From a virus (lineage: Duplodnaviria; Caudoviricetes): a DNA stretch of 62,345 nt. Location: the IMG/VR virus record IMGVR_UViG_3300042509_002518, positions 1 through 62,345 of that record, one strand, 5' to 3'. The notes beneath the pieces were generated by a model. It was not told the DNA's origin, made no database searches, and saw nothing but the letters and a program-made list of their open reading frames with translations. This document shows positions 57,642 through 62,345 of the stretch, piece after piece; the first letter of the stretch is position 1; each line of letters opens with the position of its first letter. Both the position numbers and the translations under genes were made by a program.

Positions 57642-58925
57642 ATGGAACGGCTCCGCCTGGGTTACTGCCGCGTCTCGACCGCCAGCGACGAGCAGCAGCA
57701 GGCCCTCCCCTACCAGCAGTCCAGGGTCGAACGCGAGGGGTGCGACCTCATCCTCTCCGATGTCGAGTCCGGCCTCAACCCACTGCGGCCCGGATACCTC
57801 GAGCTGCGGCGCCTGGTCGAGGCAGGCCGTGTCGCGGAGGTGATCGCCACCGAGTTCTCGCGCCTTGGCCGCGATGCAATGGAGGCCGACGCCCTGGTGC
57901 GGCTCTGCGACCAGCACGCCACCATCTGCCGCACCCTCGCCGAGGGCCCGCAGACCATGGCGACACCAGAAGGTCTGCTGCTCACCCGCCTTCGCTCGTC
58001 CCTCAGCCAGGGTGAATCCATGCGACTCTCTGCCCGGGTCAGGCGTGGCATCGATGAAGGCCGGCGCCACGGGCGGCCGATGCGGAAACCCTGCTGGGGG
58101 TACCGGCTCACGGCAGACCGCCAGGCCCTCGAGCCCGATCCCGACGCTTGGCCCGTGGCCACACGGTTCATCGATGCGCTGCGCCGCAACGGCTGGCGGC
58201 TGCAGCCGACCCTGCAGGCATTCCCGGAACCGGTGCCGCTGCGCCACTGCCGATCGGTGCGCGCCTGGCTGCTCAACCCCACCCTTCGCGGCGGCATCGG
58301 CTACCAGCAGGGCGCCAACCACACCTACACCACGGTGCTGTGGGGCCTCCACCCGGCCCTGCTGAGCGATGCAGACTTCCAGGCCTATGAGGCAGCCGCC
58401 CACGGCAACCGCCGGCGCTGGGGGGCGAATGCCAGTCGGCGGCCCCGGGCCCTCACCGGCCTCTGCCGCTGCGAGGAATGCGGCTGGCGGCTGAAGTACA
58501 TCTCAGGCCGCACCATCCCCTCCCTGCGCTGCAGTGGGCTCGACTGCAGCCAGCACTACCGCGGCGTGCGGGAGACCCTGGTGATCGGCTGGGCGCTGGA
58601 GCAGATCACCGCAGAAGCCGGCGTTGCACTTGCCCGGCTGGCCACCACCACCGAACCGCCGGAGGTGATCAGCCTGCGGCAGCAAATCGCATCGCTGGAG
58701 CGGCTTGCAGATCCAGACCTGGAGCCGGCCCTGGCCGCCAAGCGCCAGCGGCTCGACATGCTCACTCGGCTGCCTGGGTTGAACCCTGATCTGCTGCGGA
58801 ACATCCAGGATCCCCGCTGGGCTGCTGCCGCGTCCTACGGCGAGGTGCAGGCCCTGCTGCAGCAGACCGTGATCGAGATTCTGATTGCCAGACAGGCTCC
58901 GACGGCCATTCGCCTGAAGCTCTAA
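57642..58925 (+). CDS. Large serine recombinase (integrase)
   Basis: GYCRVST, DVESG, RPGY, FSRLGR, recombinase domain, LTGLCRCEECG...C Zn ribbon, coiled coil. Confidence 0.95.
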   Translation: MERLRLGYCRVSTASDEQQQALPYQQSRVEREGCDLILSDVESGLNPLRPGYLELRRLVEAGRVAEVIATEFSRLGRDAMEADALVRLCDQHATICRTLAEGPQTMATPEGLLLTRLRSSLSQGESMRLSARVRRGIDEGRRHGRPMRKPCWGYRLTADRQALEPDPDAWPVATRFIDALRRNGWRLQPTLQAFPEPVPLRHCRSVRAWLLNPTLRGGIGYQQGANHTYTTVLWGLHPALLSDADFQAYEAAAHGNRRRWGANASRRPRALTGLCRCEECGWRLKYISGRTIPSLRCSGLDCSQHYRGVRETLVIGWALEQITAEAGVALARLATTTEPPEVISLRQQIASLERLADPDLEPALAAKRQRLDMLTRLPGLNPDLLRNIQDPRWAAAASYGEVQALLQQTVIEILIARQAPTAIRLKL

Positions 58926-59108
58926 AGGCCTCATACCGCTTGCTGATGGCGCGAACCACGCTGCCGAGATCCTGCACGTCGCGCCTCCTGTCATTGCACG
59001 CCTGGATGGCGTAGCTGCTCCGTCCATGTTTGCACGCCCTGGGCCCACTGTTGCGGTTGCAGATGTGGATGCGACAATGGCAGCTGTCCTGCTGCGAAAT
59101 GCTCACCC

Positions 59109-59465
59109 ATGAACGACGTGCCTTTTGACGCTGAACACCTCGACACCGCTGAGCTCGAAGACGCTCAGCTGCCGGAGCACCTGGTGCCGGTGCTCGATGC
59201 GATCGAGAACGCCGAGCTGTCGATGGAGGATCAGCTCACCCTTGCCCGCGTGCTCCTGGGCAACCTGAAGCTCGAGCACGAAGAAGCGCTGGCCCTGCTG
59301 GAAGAGGGCGCCACCGACGGCGAGGCCTGCATCAACCCCAGTGAGGTGATCGCCTGGGCGGTGGATTCCACGATCCTCTCCAACGCCCTGGACATCCTGG
59401 CGGCGCTGAATCTGGAAGAGCCGGCTGGTGATGACGAGCCGGCCCCTGCAGAGCGCTACGACTGA
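59109..59465 (+). CDS. Highly acidic hypothetical protein
   Basis: About a quarter Asp/Glu, only three Lys/Arg. Confidence 0.65.
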   Translation: MNDVPFDAEHLDTAELEDAQLPEHLVPVLDAIENAELSMEDQLTLARVLLGNLKLEHEEALALLEEGATDGEACINPSEVIAWAVDSTILSNALDILAALNLEEPAGDDEPAPAERYD

Positions 59466-59474
59466 TCACGCTGC

Positions 59475-59717
59475 TCAGCGTTGCAAACCCTCTGCCCGCC
59501 GTGTCGGCCTGAAGGTCGCCACCGCGGGCTTTTCTGTGCCCGTGGGTTCCACCATCCGCTCGAGCAGGTAGGCGCAGAGATTGGAAGTGCTGCGGCCCTG
59601 CTGATCGGCCATCTCCTGCAGGCGGCGGAACAGGTCGTGGCTCACGTTGATGCTGATCCGCCGCGGGGCGCGCTGCAGGATGGTGATGCGGTTCTGGGCC
59701 GGTGTGGGTGCAGACAT
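59475..59717 (-). CDS. Ribbon-helix-helix (Arc/CopG-like) regulator
   Basis: RRISINVSHDLFRRLQEMADQQGRSTSNLCAYLLE. Confidence 0.8.
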   Translation of the reverse strand: MSAPTPAQNRITILQRAPRRISINVSHDLFRRLQEMADQQGRSTSNLCAYLLERMVEPTGTEKPAVATFRPTRRAEGLQR

Positions 59718-59801
59718 GGAAGGGTCGCTGGTTGCCCTTTCGTTCTGGCCCACCCCGGCCGCGCACTTCAACCGGTCATCACCACCACTGCAGGGCGGGA
59801 T

Positions 59802-60020
59802 TCACTCTGTGGCGCCCTGCACCAGGGTCCAGCCACGGGTGAGGGTGGCCTTGCAGCGATGCCACCGGCCACGGCCCTGCTCGATCGGGCCCAGGTCCAC
59901 CACATCATCGAGTGCATCAAGCACGCGGTAGAAGTTGCCCATGGGCGACCGCCAGACCTCCCCGGCGCAGAAGCGCAGGCGTGCAGTGCGGATGGTGGCC
60001 TTCAGGTCGTCAGCGTGCAT
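59802..60020 (-). CDS. Hypothetical protein
   Basis: GGAG RBS; operon context. Confidence 0.5.
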   Translation of the reverse strand: MHADDLKATIRTARLRFCAGEVWRSPMGNFYRVLDALDDVVDLGPIEQGRGRWHRCKATLTRGWTLVQGATE

Positions 60021-60325
60021 TGCGGAGCTCCTTGGCGATGGCGGGCAGCTGGGCTTCTTGCTGGGCCTGCAGCTGGGGAAACTTCAGGCCCGGGCGGCCG
60101 AGGGTGTGGGCGTGCTCTATGCGCAGGAAGTGCCGGCAGGCTGGGCGTTTGGGCAAGGTGTCATGCGCCACAGGCTCGACAAAGCACTGGTAGCCCAGGT
60201 TGGTTTCCCTGAAAAACGTGCAGCCGCTGCACGTTGGACTGTTCGTAGTCATCGCTGGTTGTTGGGTGAATGCCTGTCGCCGTCTGGATGTGGATGACGA
60301 CAGGCGGAACTGTAGTGGTAACCGC

Positions 60326-60766
60326 TCAAAACGGCACATCAGCCGGCCTGGTCATCGGGGCTGCAGGTGCTGCCACCGGTGCGCTGCGCTCGATCCGTTG
60401 CGGCAGCTGCCGCCGCACCGGTGCTTCCACGCCACTGCCGCCCGCTTCGCCGGCATCCTCCCGCCGGCCCTGCAGCACCTCGAAGAAGCTGCTGCGGATC
60501 AGCGGCCGTGACCGCTTCTCACCACTGTCCTTCTCGGTCCACTTCATCAGCCGCAGCGTGCCGATGACCCCGACCAGCGCACCTCTGCCGAACAGCCGCT
60601 GCGCCAGGTCGCTCTGCTTTCCCCACACCTCAATCGTGAACCAGTCCGGCTCTTCCTCTTTGCTGTTGCGGTTCACCGCCAGGCGAAACGTTGTGACGGC
60701 CGTGCCGTTCACATCGCGGGTTTCAAGTTCGGAGGCCACACGGCCTACCAGGGTGATGCTGTTCAT
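60326..60766 (-). CDS. ssb: Single-stranded DNA-binding protein
   Basis: MNSITLVGR, FRLAVNR, DWFTIEVWGKQ, DVPF C-terminus. Confidence 0.93.
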   Translation of the reverse strand: MNSITLVGRVASELETRDVNGTAVTTFRLAVNRNSKEEEPDWFTIEVWGKQSDLAQRLFGRGALVGVIGTLRLMKWTEKDSGEKRSRPLIRSSFFEVLQGRREDAGEAGGSGVEAPVRRQLPQRIERSAPVAAPAAPMTRPADVPF

Positions 60767-60839
60767 GGGGCAAGGTGCAACGTGGTTATCAATCAACGGG
60801 GCATGAGGCTGCATGGTGGTCGCTTTCCCGGCCCCCTGC

Positions 60840-61532
60840 TCATGGCCCGCGGCTGCTGCGATGGATCGGCGGCAGCCCAGGGCCCGCCAGCTGCGGGTGC
60901 CGTTCCGCCCAGCGGCTCAACCCGATCGCTTCCACCCAGGCGATGCTGGCCTGGTCCGGGTCGATCATCTCCAGTTCCACCCGGCCATCACCGAGCCAGA
61001 TCACGAAGCTGCGGCTGATGAGGCATCGCTCGCGATCGCCGATCATCACCAGCGCGGCACCGAGCTCCGCCAGCACCGCCTCCGGCCGCACCAGCTGACG
61101 CGGTGCCGTCTGGACTGATGCCACGCCGGTGTCGCCGCCATCGGTGAAGCGCACCACCAGGTCGATCGTGGTCGCCAGCGGCAGCATCAGGTCTGCCGCA
61201 TGGGCCGGTGCCGCCAGCACCTGCAGCCGGCTCCAGAAGGCATGACCGATCAACCGCTCGATCACCGCACGCTCCGGCGCCCACCGCTCTGCAGCCAACT
61301 CCAGCGCCGGGCCGTGGCCCGCCAGGTGGCGGCCATGGACGGAGCAGGCGGCACGGATCAGGTTGTTGCGCGCCGGCCGTGATGGCACCGGGGGATAGGC
61401 CCAGTCAATCAGCCGATGCGCCGGGAAGCACTCGCCACCATCGGGCCGCACATAGCAACCGGCCTGCGGGTTGGGCTTCACCGGGAACTCGCTGATCCAG
61501 CCCTCGAGGCTGTTGAGGCTCAGGCTGCCCAT
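60840..61532 (-). CDS. Degenerate PD-(D/E)XK (Cas4-like) nuclease-fold protein
   Basis: LATTIDLVVR...VASVQT...AELGAA aligns with AGTxD...DxKT...QL.AY. Confidence 0.45.
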   Translation of the reverse strand: MGSLSLNSLEGWISEFPVKPNPQAGCYVRPDGGECFPAHRLIDWAYPPVPSRPARNNLIRAACSVHGRHLAGHGPALELAAERWAPERAVIERLIGHAFWSRLQVLAAPAHAADLMLPLATTIDLVVRFTDGGDTGVASVQTAPRQLVRPEAVLAELGAALVMIGDRERCLISRSFVIWLGDGRVELEMIDPDQASIAWVEAIGLSRWAERHPQLAGPGLPPIHRSSRGP

Positions 61533-61933
61533 TCCGCCTCCGGCTCCAGGAAGCTGACCAGCTCGGCATCATCCGCCGCGAAGCCCGCAGCAGCTGGGGC
61601 AGGGTCTGCCGCTGGCTCTGGGGCCCCACGGCGCACCACCGGATACCGCGGCGCCGGCCGTGAGGTGGCCCCCTGCAGCCATGCGTCGCGCTGTTCGGCG
61701 TGGAGCGCCTGCAGCGCCTTCCAGTCGCCAGGGTGCTGTTCGATCCACCGCCGGCACTCGTTCACGTACTCCGGCGGCTGCTCCGATCGCGCCAGCACAT
61801 TGGCCTGCATCACCGGCCAGGTCAGTGGTGGGGTGTCGAACTGCTCGATCGTGCAGTAGCCCTTGGCCACCATGCCGGCCAGCAGCAGGCCGACGTTCTG
61901 GAACAGATGGGTGTTCATCGCCATGGTCACCAC
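61520..61933 (-). CDS. Hypothetical protein
   Basis: Overlap chain. Confidence 0.55.
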   Translation of the reverse strand: MVTMAMNTHLFQNVGLLLAGMVAKGYCTIEQFDTPPLTWPVMQANVLARSEQPPEYVNECRRWIEQHPGDWKALQALHAEQRDAWLQGATSRPAPRYPVVRRGAPEPAADPAPAAAGFAADDAELVSFLEPEAEWAA

Positions 61934-62345
61934 CCCGTGAGCTGGGCGCAGCCCTCCAGCTGCGGCACCTGGTGCTGCTGGTCGCCAGCACGGAACACCC
62001 GGGCTTCCGGCCGGCTGCTTTCGCGTTGCCCCGGTGATGGTTCCAGCAGCCGCTGCTTGCCATCCACCGCAGCAACACCAGGCGGCAACGCATGGCCACG
62101 GCCCTGCAGTTCTGCTGCAACATCCGTGCGCACCGCAGTGGGATCCACAGGTGCAGATTCCAGCAGCTTCTGCCGTGTCGCCACGGCCCGCCAGTAGAGG
62201 CCCTGCTGGTAGGCATCCGCGTGGCGCGGGTCGATGTCCGGCAACGGCGGCAGCTGATCAGTCTTCCGCTCGTAGATCGTCGCCAGCACATCAGACAGGC
62301 TCGGCTTCCACTTGCTGTTCGCCAGCGCTTTCGATACCCCCAGAT
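61927..62345 (-). CDS. 3' part of junction-spanning putative helicase loader gene
   Basis: In frame with 1-272 across the repeat. Confidence 0.6.
   Translation of the reverse strand, partial: LGVSKALANSKWKPSLSDVLATIYERKTDQLPPLPDIDPRHADAYQQGLYWRAVATRQKLLESAPVDPTAVRTDVAAELQGRGHALPPGVAAVDGKQRLLEPSPGQRESSRPEARVFRAGDQQHQVPQLEGCAQLTGW
62219..62345. repeat. 127-bp terminal direct repeat (copy 2)
   Basis: Identical to 1-127. Confidence 0.97.

Noticed and set aside
58762-59106. Recombination directionality factor after the integrase
   Set aside because: The ORF overlaps the integrase and has no recognisable motif; unsupported.
4372-61040. HIP1 (GCGATCGC) enrichment as a host signature
   Set aside because: Several copies were seen, but enrichment cannot be judged by eye at this GC content.
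62219-62345. Terminal repeat as a biological direct terminal repeat
   Set aside because: It is exactly 127 bp (a common assembler k-mer) and cuts through a gene, so it indicates circular assembly only.

Overview
This window looks like the complete, circular genome (about 62,218 bp) of a high-GC temperate siphovirus-like cyanophage, most likely infecting Synechococcus or Cyanobium. Bases 62219-62345 repeat bases 1-127 exactly, and one gene reads in frame across that junction. Host clues are NblA-like, cyAbrB-like and SigF-like genes and a cyanophage-type endolysin. The modules are: leftward replication with an iteron origin (1-2300); rightward packaging and nucleotide genes with TerL, a phage sigma factor and portal (2750-13656); head and tail morphogenesis in scrambled order, with scaffold and capsid after the tail genes (13660-41087); lysis (41194-44166); leftward early and recombination genes (44170-57464); and a large serine integrase with an intact attP-like inverted repeat. 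The main system-level signal is a motif, GGAAA(A/G/C)C(T/C/A), seen about 24 times just upstream of late genes on both strands. It is probably the -10-only promoter of the encoded sigma factor, and it points to genes missing from the ORF track. The motif precedes four paralogous, very basic proteins sharing a YxRDxxGRF N-terminus, an NblA-like gene and a sulfotransferase-like gene. Also seen: an antisense hairpin-rich sRNA locus, a structured capsid mRNA leader and a lambda-type -1 frameshift. All calls come from reading the sequence by eye; no searches were run.
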